Below the pieces are notes generated by a model that had not been told where the DNA came from, made no database searches, and saw nothing but the letters and a program-made list of their open reading frames with translations. A stretch of 64,000 nt of DNA from NCBI GenBank assembly GCA_963717285.1, contig CAVQVW010000004.1:710905-774904 (forward strand), read 5' to 3'. Positions 1 to 9,232 of this stretch are shown here, one piece after another (within the stretch, counting starts at the first letter, position 1; each line of letters opens with the position of its first letter). Origin of the DNA: an uncultured Thermoleophilia bacterium. GTDB lineage: Bacteria > Actinomycetota > Thermoleophilia > UBA2241. The translations under genes were made by a program, and so were the position numbers.

Positions 1-606
1 GCGGAGGCTGCTCTGCGCCTCATCGACGCGGAAGGGCTCGACGCCTTGACCATGCGTCAGCTGGCGCGCGACCTGGGCGTCACGCCCGTCACGATCTACC
101 GTCAGATCCCCAGCAAGGAGGCTATCCTGGCCGTCGTGGCGGAGCGGCTATGGCGCGACCTGAGGCCCGCCGCTGAGGCCGTGCCGGCCAGCGCCGGCTG
201 GCGCGCGCAGATCGGTGCCATGTGGCTGGGACTGCATGCGGTGATGCAGGCGCACCCGAACGCCATCCCTCTCCTCGCCAAGGCCGGCGCCTACTCGGTG
301 TCGGCTGCCGGGGGTACGGTCGCAATGGCCGCGGTGCTGCGCGACGCCGGCCTGACGCCCGACGAAGCCGCGGAGCAGCTCCACCTGCTGTCCGCCTGCA
401 CGGTGGGCTTCGGCTTCGCGACGCTGTGGGGCAGTGAGTATGCTCGCGGAGAGTGGCCAGAGAAGCCGGCGGGGCCGCCCATTGAGACACCGCCGCCAGA
501 GCTCCGACCATACCTTGAGCGCATGGCGGTGTGGGACCCGTCCGAGTTTCCCAGGGCCTTGGCCACAATCTTGGCTCTGGCCCGAGGAGGCAGCTCCAGT
601 TCATGA
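1..606 (+). CDS. TetR/AcrR-family transcriptional regulator (5'-partial; starts before the window)
   Basis: In-frame coding from nucleotide 1. N-terminal HTH motif LTMRQLARDLGVTPVTIYRQ is typical of TetR. Confidence 0.75.
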   Translation, partial: AEAALRLIDAEGLDALTMRQLARDLGVTPVTIYRQIPSKEAILAVVAERLWRDLRPAAEAVPASAGWRAQIGAMWLGLHAVMQAHPNAIPLLAKAGAYSVSAAGGTVAMAAVLRDAGLTPDEAAEQLHLLSACTVGFGFATLWGSEYARGEWPEKPAGPPIETPPPELRPYLERMAVWDPSEFPRALATILALARGGSSSS

Positions 607-661
607 CAACTGGCAGAGCCGACACCCAAGAGGCGAAGACGACGATCTGATAGGGGGAGAC

Positions 662-1420
662 ATGTCCGGTCCAGATGAACCGACCGAGCCGACCACACCG
701 CCGCAGCAACCACCACCACCCGAGCCCCCGCCGACGCCACCCGGAGCGGCACCAGCGGTGCCACTTGCGCCCGGGTCCCCGCCGCGAGCGCCCGAGCCCT
801 ATGCCGCGCGCCTGGACATCGACTACCCCGAGAGGCTCGATCGGCTCTCGACCTTCTTCCGGCTGATCTGGATCATCCCGATCTACATCATCCTCTCTCT
901 GCTCTCCGCGGTCGCGAGCTGGACCGTGATCACGCAGAGCGGCGAAGCGGTCACGAGGAGCAGCGGCGGGATCACCAGCGGGCTCTTCCTCGCGACGCTG
1001 CTGATGATCCTCTTCCGGCAGCGCTACCCGCGCTGGTGGTTCGACTTCGCGCGGGAGTTCACGCGCTTCGTGGCGCGGGTCTCGGCCTACTTCGTGCTGC
1101 TCACCGACCGCTATCCCTCGACCGTCGAGGAGCAGTCGGTGCATCTCGAGATCGACTACCCCGACGTCGAGCGCGACCTCAACCGCTGGCTGCCGCTGGT
1201 CAAGTGGTTCCTGGCGATCCCGCACTACATCGTGCTCGTGGTGCTTGCCGTGGTCGCGGTCTTCGCGGTCCTCATCGCCTGGTTCGCCATCCTCTTCACC
1301 GGGCGCTATCCGCGGGCGCTCTTCGACTACGTGGTCGGGGTCAGCAGATGGGCGCTTCGGGTCGAGGCCTACGCCTTCTTGCTGGTCACCGACCGCTACC
1401 CGCCGTTCAGCCTCAAGTGA
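662..1420 (+). CDS. DUF4389-like membrane protein with a Pro-rich N-terminus
   Basis: Duplicated RLDIDYPERL...IPHYIVL motif and hydrophobic helices. ATG at 662 lies in frame within the longer ORF. Confidence 0.6.
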   Translation: MSGPDEPTEPTTPPQQPPPPEPPPTPPGAAPAVPLAPGSPPRAPEPYAARLDIDYPERLDRLSTFFRLIWIIPIYIILSLLSAVASWTVITQSGEAVTRSSGGITSGLFLATLLMILFRQRYPRWWFDFAREFTRFVARVSAYFVLLTDRYPSTVEEQSVHLEIDYPDVERDLNRWLPLVKWFLAIPHYIVLVVLAVVAVFAVLIAWFAILFTGRYPRALFDYVVGVSRWALRVEAYAFLLVTDRYPPFSLK

Positions 1421-1434
1421 AGTGAGGGGGCGCT

Positions 1435-1863
1435 GTGCTGGTCGCAACGGGGGTCGCCACGCTCGTGCTCGGTCTGATCGGCTTCGGCGGCCAGTTCCTC
1501 TCGACTCTGAACTGGCCCCTCGCGCAGAGACTCCGGCTCCAAGAGGCCGACGAGCACACCGACCCACTCTTCCGCCGTCTCGAGCGCAACACCGCAGTGT
1601 GGGACCTGTGCAGTTGGTGGACGCTGCCGGTAGCAGGCCTGCTCATGCTGATCGATCACGCCTGGTGGCCCTTCGTGGCCGTCTTCGCCGGCGGGGTCTA
1701 CCTGGACACGACAGGCCGGGAACTGGCGAAGCTCTGGGGCTTGGGCAGCGAGGGCGTCAAGACCGGAACGGCGCAGGACGCCCGCACGAGATTCGTCTTC
1801 CTGCTCGTCACAGGCGGCGCCGGTCTCTGGGCTGCCGCCTATGCGGTATTGGAGTTGCTCTAG
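1435..1863 (+). CDS. hypothetical membrane protein
   Basis: 142-aa ORF with 3-4 predicted TM helices, on the same strand as its neighbours. Confidence 0.45.
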   Translation: MLVATGVATLVLGLIGFGGQFLSTLNWPLAQRLRLQEADEHTDPLFRRLERNTAVWDLCSWWTLPVAGLLMLIDHAWWPFVAVFAGGVYLDTTGRELAKLWGLGSEGVKTGTAQDARTRFVFLLVTGGAGLWAAAYAVLELL

Positions 1864-1872
1864 GAGGCACTC

Positions 1873-2010
1873 ATGAGGGCAATCGTCTACCACGAGTACA
1901 GTCCACGGCACGTCCCGCAACTCGCGGACTCCCCCGAACCCACCATCGGTGACGACGACCTGCTGATCGGTCCCCGCGCCACCGCTGTGGACCATCTGGA
2001 GTGGCACTGA
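1873..2010 (+). pseudogene. N-terminal remnant (46 aa) of a Zn-dependent alcohol dehydrogenase / quinone oxidoreductase (MDR family)
   Basis: MRAIVYHEYSP...PEPTIGDDDLLIG resembles an MDR N-terminus. GGAGG ribosome-binding site lies upstream. A premature TGA ends the reading frame. Confidence 0.4.
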
Positions 2011-2459
2011 TGGACATCCATGCCAGTCTCCCGCTCAGCTCTCGACTGATCCTCTACGTCATCCTCGCTGCGATCGCGTTGGTCACCGCTATCGTCTTTT
2101 GGGCACAGCTTGGCTGCATCAGAGGCAGGCCCTTCGAGAATCCGGACGGCACATGCGACGACTGGCGGGAGCAGAAGGTCTTCTATGGGATCGCCTGGGC
2201 AGACCTGGTCGTAGCCTGTCCGACGTCGTTCGCCGCCCTCATCCTGATCTTCACTGCGCCGCGATGGGGCTTCTACTTGATGGGCATGGTGAGCTTCTGG
2301 TTCGTGTGGGCCAACGTCATGACCACGGTCACGAGCCTCCGGTTCGAGAATCCGCGAGTCACGTTGCAGTGGGTCATCGTCTTCCCGCTCGGTGTGGTCA
2401 TTGGACTGGCCTACATCGTCTGGACGTTGGCCCACTTCGGCACGTTGTTCGGGACTTGA
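2010..2459 (+). CDS. hypothetical membrane protein
   Basis: About 150 aa with four hydrophobic segments. An alternative GTG start lies at 2001. Confidence 0.45.
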   Translation: MDIHASLPLSSRLILYVILAAIALVTAIVFWAQLGCIRGRPFENPDGTCDDWREQKVFYGIAWADLVVACPTSFAALILIFTAPRWGFYLMGMVSFWFVWANVMTTVTSLRFENPRVTLQWVIVFPLGVVIGLAYIVWTLAHFGTLFGT

Positions 2460-2469
2460 GAGGACCCCC

Positions 2470-3077
2470 GTGAACGCTCTTCTCGCGTGCGGGCTGCTCA
2501 TCGGGCCGATGTACGTGTTCTTGTACCTCCTTGGCGGCGCGCTGAGGCCAGGCTACAGCCACATCTCTGACTCGGTCAGCGAGCTGCTCTCGCCGGCGCC
2601 CCCAACAGGCAGATCCTGGTCATCATCCAGGTCGCGTACGCGCTGCTCCACGTCCTGTTCGGGCTCGGGGTCGTCTGGGTCGTGGCTGGCTACGAACAAG
2701 GCACCACGTCCGGCCTCATCGGGGCCTTGGCGGTCGTCGCCATCGGTGTGGCTACGATCGGCACGGCGATCTTCCCCCAGGACGCGCACGGCACCCCGAC
2801 CACCGCAACCGGTCAGACTCAGAAGGGCCTCGTGTTCGGCGTCCTCGTCCCGGGCTCGATCGTGTCCACGGTATCCCTCGGTCTCTGGTCGAACCAGGCC
2901 GGCGTCCTCTCCGGATTCGACGTGTACTCCTACGTGACCGCCAGACTCATCGTTGTCATGGGTGGCGTCGGCGGCGCGACCGTGAAGACGCGGTTCGCGG
3001 GGCTGTCGGACCGTGTGGCAGCCGTCGTGGCCCACCAGTGGCTCTTCGTCCTGGCACTGCTCCTGCTCATCCACTGA
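2470..3077 (+). CDS. DUF998-like membrane protein with an apparent +1/-1 frameshift near 2595-2605 (poly-C run)
   Basis: Two frames join at ELLSPGAPNRQILVII. An ISDSVSELLS motif is followed by multiple TM helices. Confidence 0.5.
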
Positions 3078-3396
3078 CGAACGACGGGCGGGTGCTCTGC
3101 CGTTTCGGGCTGGCGGATCCCTGCCGCTTGTGACCCAACATTGCGGGTGGACCGATCTCAGGGGTGCAGGTCACTCGCTGGCACTGCGCGGCACTGGAGA
3201 GCGCCGTGTTCGCACCTCCCGACAGCCCGGCTGTAGCCACTCTGCAACCCAAATGCGTGCGTCTGGACGGGACGAGCCGGGGAGCGATGGGTGCGGACGG
3301 GACTGCGGAGACGTCGCCCCGTCGGGGCATGGAGGCGTTGTCCTGCGGCCGCCCTCGCCCATTGGCGCTTCGCGCCTCGGCCTCCGCGGCAGACCC

Positions 3397-3730
3397 CGTG
3401 GTCCATGGACACGGCGTGAAGCTCCACGAGTTGGCTTTCGCTCCATCGATCTGGGAGCAGGCTATTGAGGGCAACGACAAGGCGCTTGGACGCGTCCTCG
3501 CGATAGTGGAGAGGCGGGCGAAGCTTCTCGGGCTTGACGCGCCGGCAAAGCGTCCGGCAGAGGTGAGCCCCACCGGCTTGCGCCTCAAGCGGGAGACGCT
3601 GGTCAAGCAGATCCTTTCCGAGTGCCGCGGCGAGGGCGCGCTACCCGCCGAAGGCGAGCGCGACCGCCCCTACGAGACGATCCAACCACAGAGGCCCATC
3701 TGTGGGTCGATGAAGGAGGGCGAGCAATGA
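3397..3730 (+). CDS. hypothetical protein, possibly phage-related (terminase-small-subunit-like ...ERRAKLLGLDAP motif)
   Basis: ORF downstream of a repeat-derived segment. The call rests on weak motif similarity only. Confidence 0.2.
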
Positions 3731-3876
3731 CAGAGGCAGATGAGAACGAGCCTGCCGACTCGACGGCCGGGTCTTGGCGATCCTGCGACAGAAGGCGGAG
3801 TACTTCGGCGAGCGAGCGGTGGCATGCTCGTCGCGGAAGGCGCCCCGCCGTCGCGGCGTGACAGCACCTCGTCGGC

Positions 3877-6009
3877 TCAGCCGATGATCACGATGCCCAG
3901 GTAGCCGTCCACGGTCACCCGGTCGCCGCTGCGGATGAGCTCGGTGGCGCGAGGCACACCGGTGACGCACGGCAGGCCATATTCGCGTGCGATGATCGCG
4001 CCGTGGATGAGCATGCCGCCGCGGCGCTCCACGATGCCGGCGGCCAGCGGCACGATGGAGGTCATCTCGGGAGCGATGGCATCGCAGACGAGGATTTCGC
4101 CGTCGGCGAATGTCGTGAGATCCTCCCGGCCCTCGATGACCCGGGCCGTGCCGACGGCCAGGCCCGGGCCGGCGGGCTGCCCGACGATCTGGCGCGCCTG
4201 AGCGCGCAGGCCGGCGGGCGCGGCCTGCCCGGCGGCCGCCAGTCCGGATCCCGTGGGCCCCACCGTCCCTGCCTGCTCAGCGCCCAGTGGCGAAGGCAGC
4301 GTGACCTCCCGCGGGCGCAGGTGCTCGTCGATCGGGAGACCGCGGCGCTCCGCCTCCTCGAGAGCGGCAACGAGGAGACGCTCGAGACGGTCGAGGTACA
4401 GGTTGTCGTCATCACGCAGTCGCCAGCTCGCGCGACCCAGGTCGAGCAGCTCGGCCGCTCGCTGCCGCTCGGCCTCCGGATACGCCTCGATGAAGCGCCG
4501 GGCGCGGTCCGCAGGGTCGGGGCGCGTCACTGCCCTCGCTGCCGGACGCGCCGCGAGCCGCCGGGCGACCTGCAGCACCTCGGCGCGAGCCTCGCCGCCC
4601 TCGCGGGCGGCATCGCCGAACTCCGCCAGGTACTCATCCAGCGCCCGTGCCGCGGCCTTCTCCTCCCCGCCGCGCAACTGCGCGGCCACCTGTTCCAGTG
4701 CTGCGTTGCGCCGCAGGCTGATCATGGGGGTGCCTGCAAGCAGTTCGGTGAACTCGTATGGATCCTCGGGGTGCAGCACGTCGTTGTAGGCGGCTCCGAA
4801 GAGGCGGGCACCGTGCGCGAACGGGATGAAGTCGGCGGTGTAGACATCCACGCCGCGGTCGTGGGCGGCCTTGCGCTCCTGTAGGGCCGCACGCAGGCTG
4901 GCGTCGTCCAGACCCTCGAGTGACGCGGCCTCAAGGCGGTCGGCGGCGGCCGCGAGTCCCGGCAGGTCCTCGTCCTCGATGCGGCGGCGCAGCCTTTGCA
5001 GGCTTTCGAAGCTGCGCCGCAGGCTGAGGTACGTGGAGCGTCCGTCGCCGGCCTCGCCACCCAGCGTGGTGATCGGGCGCGACTGGAGCGCGTACAGATC
5101 GTCGCGCCGCAGCGTCCATTCCACGTCTTGCGGCGCCTGGAAGTGGCACTCCGCGTGCCGCGCGAGACCGTGGACGCGAGGCACCTCATCGGCCGCCAGC
5201 GGAGCCCTGCCTTGACGGTCGCGAGGCAGTGGCACGAGATGCACGCCGTCTGCTTGCTCCGTGATCATCTCCCGACGCTCCACGGACCGATGCTCCAGGA
5301 TGGCACCGTCGCGCCGGTCCACGGTCCAGCGGTCGGGCTCGACGACGCCGTCCACGAGGCCCTGGTTCAAGCCATGGACGGCCTCGACCACAGCGCGCGC
5401 GTCGTCGTCCGGATGACGGCTGAAGGCGACTCCTGAGCGCTCGCCCGAGACGATCTCCTGTACGACGACCGCCATCACGCTGCGCGTGGGATCGAGCCCG
5501 AGCTCGCGGCGGTACAGCAGCGCCGCGTCGGACCAGAGTGACGCCCACACGAGCTTGACGTGTTCGAGGACGGCGTCCGACCCTCGCACGTTCACATACG
5601 ACTCGTGCAGCCCGGCGAACGAGGCGCCGGCAGAGTCCTCCCCCGGCGCCGACGAGCGCACCACGGTGGCCCTCCCCGCGAAGCGCGCGGCGAGCGGCTG
5701 CGCCAGCGCCGCGCGCAGCTCCTCCGGCAGCGGCGTGGTCAGGAAGAGGCTGCGGATGCGCAGCGCCGCGTCCCATAGCTCCTCCCAGCGCATGTCCGCG
5801 AAGTCCTTGCGCTCCAGCTCGAAGAGGATGCGCGCCCGCAACTTCGAGGCATCCAGGTAGGCCTCGTAGGCATCGGTGGCGATGGCCACGAATGCCGGCA
5901 CGGCGATACCAGCGCGTGCCATGTGCGCCAGCGAGAGGGCCTTGCCGCCCACGCGTTCGGCGACGCTCTCGTCGATCTCTTCCTGAGGAAGAACGAAGCC
6001 GGGGCGCAT
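3877..6009 (-). CDS. PEP-utilizing enzyme family protein (pyruvate-phosphate-dikinase-like ATP-grasp N-domain plus C-terminal mobile His domain; PEP synthase / rifampicin-phosphotransferase-like)
   Basis: N-terminal GGKALSLAHMARAGIAVP (PPDK_N) and C-terminal GGMLIHGAIIAREYGLPCVTG motifs. The start is placed at the MRPGFVLPQ methionine. Confidence 0.75.
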   Translation of the reverse strand: MRPGFVLPQEEIDESVAERVGGKALSLAHMARAGIAVPAFVAIATDAYEAYLDASKLRARILFELERKDFADMRWEELWDAALRIRSLFLTTPLPEELRAALAQPLAARFAGRATVVRSSAPGEDSAGASFAGLHESYVNVRGSDAVLEHVKLVWASLWSDAALLYRRELGLDPTRSVMAVVVQEIVSGERSGVAFSRHPDDDARAVVEAVHGLNQGLVDGVVEPDRWTVDRRDGAILEHRSVERREMITEQADGVHLVPLPRDRQGRAPLAADEVPRVHGLARHAECHFQAPQDVEWTLRRDDLYALQSRPITTLGGEAGDGRSTYLSLRRSFESLQRLRRRIEDEDLPGLAAAADRLEAASLEGLDDASLRAALQERKAAHDRGVDVYTADFIPFAHGARLFGAAYNDVLHPEDPYEFTELLAGTPMISLRRNAALEQVAAQLRGGEEKAAARALDEYLAEFGDAAREGGEARAEVLQVARRLAARPAARAVTRPDPADRARRFIEAYPEAERQRAAELLDLGRASWRLRDDDNLYLDRLERLLVAALEEAERRGLPIDEHLRPREVTLPSPLGAEQAGTVGPTGSGLAAAGQAAPAGLRAQARQIVGQPAGPGLAVGTARVIEGREDLTTFADGEILVCDAIAPEMTSIVPLAAGIVERRGGMLIHGAIIAREYGLPCVTGVPRATELIRSGDRVTVDGYLGIVIIG

Positions 6010-6016
6010 GGTCGCG

Positions 6017-6466
6017 CTACGGGAGGTGCAGTTCGGTGACATTCTGGAAGCGGCTGACGATGTAGTACGTCTCGACGGTAAGCTCGACCAGCGCACTGGA
6101 GGGTGCACTCGCAAACGGCTTCAGGTGCGGATGCCTCGCAAGAAAGGCGGTGAGCTGCACGGCGCGCTCTTCGCCCTCGAGCTCGCGCGCCGTGCCGACC
6201 GCCGTCGCGGCGACGGTGCCATGAAAGTCGAGGTCCTCGTCCGAACGACTGTCGACGAGCATCGCCACCCGCGGCTCGGCACTCAGAAAGCCGAACTTGC
6301 GGGTGGCACGCGGCGTACTGAAGTAGAGGTGCGCGAGATCCTCCGAGGCGCGCACCGCCACCAGGCTCGCGTAGGGATGTTCGGGTCCGTGGGTAGCTAG
6401 CACGCCGAGGCGTTGCCTCGCGAAGAGTTCGCGCAGCAGCTCAAGAGGCTCGGCACAGGTGTCCAT
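6017..6466 (-). CDS. pyridoxamine 5'-phosphate oxidase family protein (general-stress-protein-26-like)
   Basis: 149-aa ORF with a PNPOx-like FMN-binding split-barrel signature. It is tightly coupled to the upstream gene. Confidence 0.55.
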   Translation of the reverse strand: MDTCAEPLELLRELFARQRLGVLATHGPEHPYASLVAVRASEDLAHLYFSTPRATRKFGFLSAEPRVAMLVDSRSDEDLDFHGTVAATAVGTARELEGEERAVQLTAFLARHPHLKPFASAPSSALVELTVETYYIVSRFQNVTELHLP

Positions 6467-6962
6467 GGCTGCGCTCTACCCAACCCCGCGGCAAGGCGAA
6501 CCAGCCGGGACGCGATAGTCTCGATCGCGACGCCCGCGCGAGCGACCACCGCCCACTGAGGAACGATACACATGAAGAAGATCGGCATCGTCACCCGCGC
6601 AATTGCAGGGGTTTGTCTGTTCCTATGGATACCGACGACCCCGCTCTGCAGCCCGCCCGCAATCCTTTTTGCAGCCGAACGCAGCGTCAGGCAGCGATTC
6701 TGAGCGGCATTCGCCGGCACTGGGCGGCACTACGGCCTGAGATCCGCACACCGCACCGGGGCAGCGCCCGCCGGCCCCGAGACGATCGGCTTCCCGGACT
6801 CCGACTTCGCCCCGCCGAAACCTATGCCGGAGGTGGCTCAGGGACCAACACAAGAAGTGGACCGACGAATGGGATCCGGTCAGATCTGCACCCCTGGAGT
6901 CGGTCCACCTGCAGTGTCGGGTCTCTCGACGGGTGAAGGAGGCAGATCATTCCGAGGACCTC

Positions 6963-7265
6963 CCACGTGTTCCTCCTGCAACCCTCCTGCAACCGCACCT
7001 AGCGTCATTGGGTGGCACTCAATGTCACTAGGTAGCAGATCGACGCGATTCTCTACGCGTAGAACGGCACTCCCTGGCACTTGGCGGCACTACCTGACAC
7101 CATTTCTACAGCCCTCTCACGGCGGTAACACGGGTTCGAATCCCGTATGCGCTACCACCCCATTTCAGGTTCAAATGCAGGGGTTTTGCGTACTCCCGAG
7201 GATTCCGACGACCCCTTCTGCAACCCGTGTGCAGCCCTCCTGCAACCGAACCTGGCGTCACTTGA
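6963..7265 (+). repeat. Composite A-C-A repeat element: A iteron module (6963-6997), GGCAC 10-bp repeats, tRNA-3'-half-like C core (7092-7166), second A module (7226-7262)
   Basis: Near-identical copies occur at 58515-58810, 61805-61995, 38195-39900 (interrupted by an insertion sequence) and 19025-19410. The core ends GGTTCGAATCCCGTATGCGCTACCA. Confidence 0.8.
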
Positions 7266-7369
7266 TGGCTCTCGCTGTCACTCGGCGGCAGATCGACTCG
7301 GTTCTTCACGCTCGGAGAGGCACTGGGCGGCACCCAGCAACATGTGCTGACAGACTCGCGCTCGGCTAG

Positions 7370-8422
7370 TCAACTCCTGTCCGCCCCTAGACTCCTGAGC
7401 ATGTGGCCTGCACGGCGTCGTGCCTGCCAGTAGACGTCCGGCGCTTGGCGGCGTGCGACCTGCCACTCCTCGTCCAGCGACCAGAGCCGGGATCGCTGGT
7501 TCGGATAGACCGAGAGGGGAGTGGCGCGATGCGGTCTCGCTCCCAAGCGGGACTTGAACTCCTCGTTGCCCCAGAGCAGGTTGAAACTCCGGAAGCCTCG
7601 GGAGATCGCGTCACAGACGTCCCAGTAGATTGCGAGCAGCGACAACCCGTAGCGGTCAAAGCCAGGCTGCACCGCCGCCTGCTGGGCACACACGCTAGTC
7701 CCCACCGGGAAGTTGAACGAGAGCGCCGCCATCTCACCGTCGATTGATGTCAGGCGAATCTCCCCCCGGCGTCTCAGCAGAGCCTGGAGGTTGCGGGCAA
7801 CCTGCGGATGGGTCTCCCAATACGTCTGCTTCCCCCGTGCATGGAAGCTGGCTTCCTTCCACTGCACCAGCTGCCTGAGCAATGCGGGCGCCCTCTCGTC
7901 GACGGGCATGGTCTTCGTTGCCACCTCACTGAAGTCCCGCCTCAGTCGATTCTGATAGCTGCGCAGGTGCCTGCTCCTGCCGAGCGATGCGGCGTACTCC
8001 TCCTCGGTCTCGGGCAGCTCTATCACCATGTGATCGGTGTGGTGGAGCACCCTCGAAGGGAGAGCCAGTGTCGAGGGCGCAAACATCACCTCGAAGTGGA
8101 TGCGGCGCACGTGCGGAAAGGCGCGGAAGAGCGCTTGGCCGGCGCGCCTTGCGTCTTCTGGGGCGATGTCGAACGTCTTGTTGAGGATTTCGACGGTCGC
8201 GCCCTTGCCCGTGAAGAGCAGCACATGGCGAGGCTTCTCCAGGATGCACGCTCCCATCCATTCGGGCATGTCATGGGTCTCGAACCAGTCGACAGTCGCG
8301 AACAAGCTCGAATAGAGTCCGTCGAGCTCGGCAGCATAACGACTCGGGTCGACTCGGGGGTGGACCCTTGCGCCAAGATCGGCGAAGAGGAACGGGCCAG
8401 GCCGACTAGCGGACCCAGACAT
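7370..8422 (-). CDS. GNAT-fold N-acetyltransferase (CelD/BcsL / Acetyltransf_6-like)
   Basis: 350-aa ORF with a ...LLWGNEEFKSRLGARP motif. An intact reading frame. A frameshifted copy lies at 60509-61690. Confidence 0.55.
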   Translation of the reverse strand: MSGSASRPGPFLFADLGARVHPRVDPSRYAAELDGLYSSLFATVDWFETHDMPEWMGACILEKPRHVLLFTGKGATVEILNKTFDIAPEDARRAGQALFRAFPHVRRIHFEVMFAPSTLALPSRVLHHTDHMVIELPETEEEYAASLGRSRHLRSYQNRLRRDFSEVATKTMPVDERAPALLRQLVQWKEASFHARGKQTYWETHPQVARNLQALLRRRGEIRLTSIDGEMAALSFNFPVGTSVCAQQAAVQPGFDRYGLSLLAIYWDVCDAISRGFRSFNLLWGNEEFKSRLGARPHRATPLSVYPNQRSRLWSLDEEWQVARRQAPDVYWQARRRAGHMLRSLGADRS

Positions 8423-8555
8423 CAGGCGGTCGCGTCTTCGTTGTTGTCTCGCGCATGGACTCACACTCGGCGCGAGGCGAGCGCCCCGTCGAGCCGTGCG
8501 CGAATCCCATGCGCAGTAGGGCCGGTCTCGGACGAATGCCTCGCATGCTGGCATA

Positions 8556-9069
8556 CTACCCGACGATCGGCCTCACCGGGCACCGTTCATCGGTCCTCTT
8601 CCCACGATAGTCCCAGAGCCACCTCCGGCATAGGTTTCGGCGGCCCGTGGTCAGCGAGCGAGAAGCGGGGAAGGCGATTGTCTCCGGTACCAGCGGGCGT
8701 TGCCCCAGCCAGCTGTGCGGGCGCAGACTGTTGTAGAGCCGGCGCCAGTCGGCGATCAGGATCTGCGCCTCCTTGAGCATGGAGAAGATCTCACCGTTCA
8801 GAAGCTCGTCGCGCAGCTTGTCGACGAACGACTCGATGCTAGCCGTTATCCCAAGGTTGGGCCGGCTCGATTAACCGGCTGGTGACGCCGAGCACGCTCA
8901 ACCACTCCCCGACGGCTCTGGCCACGAACTCGGGTCCGTCTTCCGATCTGATGTGCTCGGGGATGCCGTACTGAAGGAAGAGGTCGGAGAGCGTCATCAG
9001 CACCTCGTGGCTTCTGATGCGGCGCGCCACGCTGATCGCCAGGCATTCGCGCGTGTACTCATCGACCAC
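8556..9069 (-). pseudogene. IS3/IS481-family transposase C-terminal fragment (rve integrase core), interrupted
   Basis: ...DGPEFVARAV...PWDNG then ASIESFVDKLRDELLNGEIF...WRRLYNSLRPHS. An internal stop/frameshift separates the two parts. A B-module inverted repeat follows at 8573-8642. Confidence 0.7.
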
Positions 9070-9094
9070 GGTGAGCAGCTTCAGCGGGCGCCCG

Positions 9095-9232
9095 TCGTGG
9101 GTGTGACCTGCACCCCTGGCATCGGTCCACCCTCGGGGCGGTGGATCTCGCGAGGCATCCTCTGGCTCCTTGATCGGTCGCGAAACCCTGCAGTGAAGCT
9201 GGGCCGATTTCAGGAGCGCAGGTCATGAGTAG
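9095..9232. repeat. Inverted pair of D modules (MITE-like, roughly 135 bp) with TGACCTGCACCCCTG...TCGGTCC termini
   Basis: D' at the left and D at the right in inverted orientation. Single D copies occur at 3140-3175, 6880-6935, 10255-10300, 34095-34165 and 45565-45640. Confidence 0.6.

Noticed and set aside
122-1567. 481-aa minus-strand ORF antisense to the TetR and DUF4389 genes
   Set aside because: Arg/Pro/Gly-rich, low-complexity translation typical of antisense frames in high-GC DNA. The plus-strand genes have recognisable domains.
3727-3861. Short ORF with ...LAILRQKAEYFGERAV reminiscent of an IS3 OrfA C-terminus
   Set aside because: Too short and ambiguous; several frames are open here. 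Left unannotated.
7085-7166. Calling the GGTTCGAATCCCGTATGCGCTACCA elements tRNA genes
   Set aside because: Only the anticodon-arm-like, T-arm and acceptor 3' strand are present. No complementary 5' acceptor strand or D-arm exists within 100 nt upstream in any copy.
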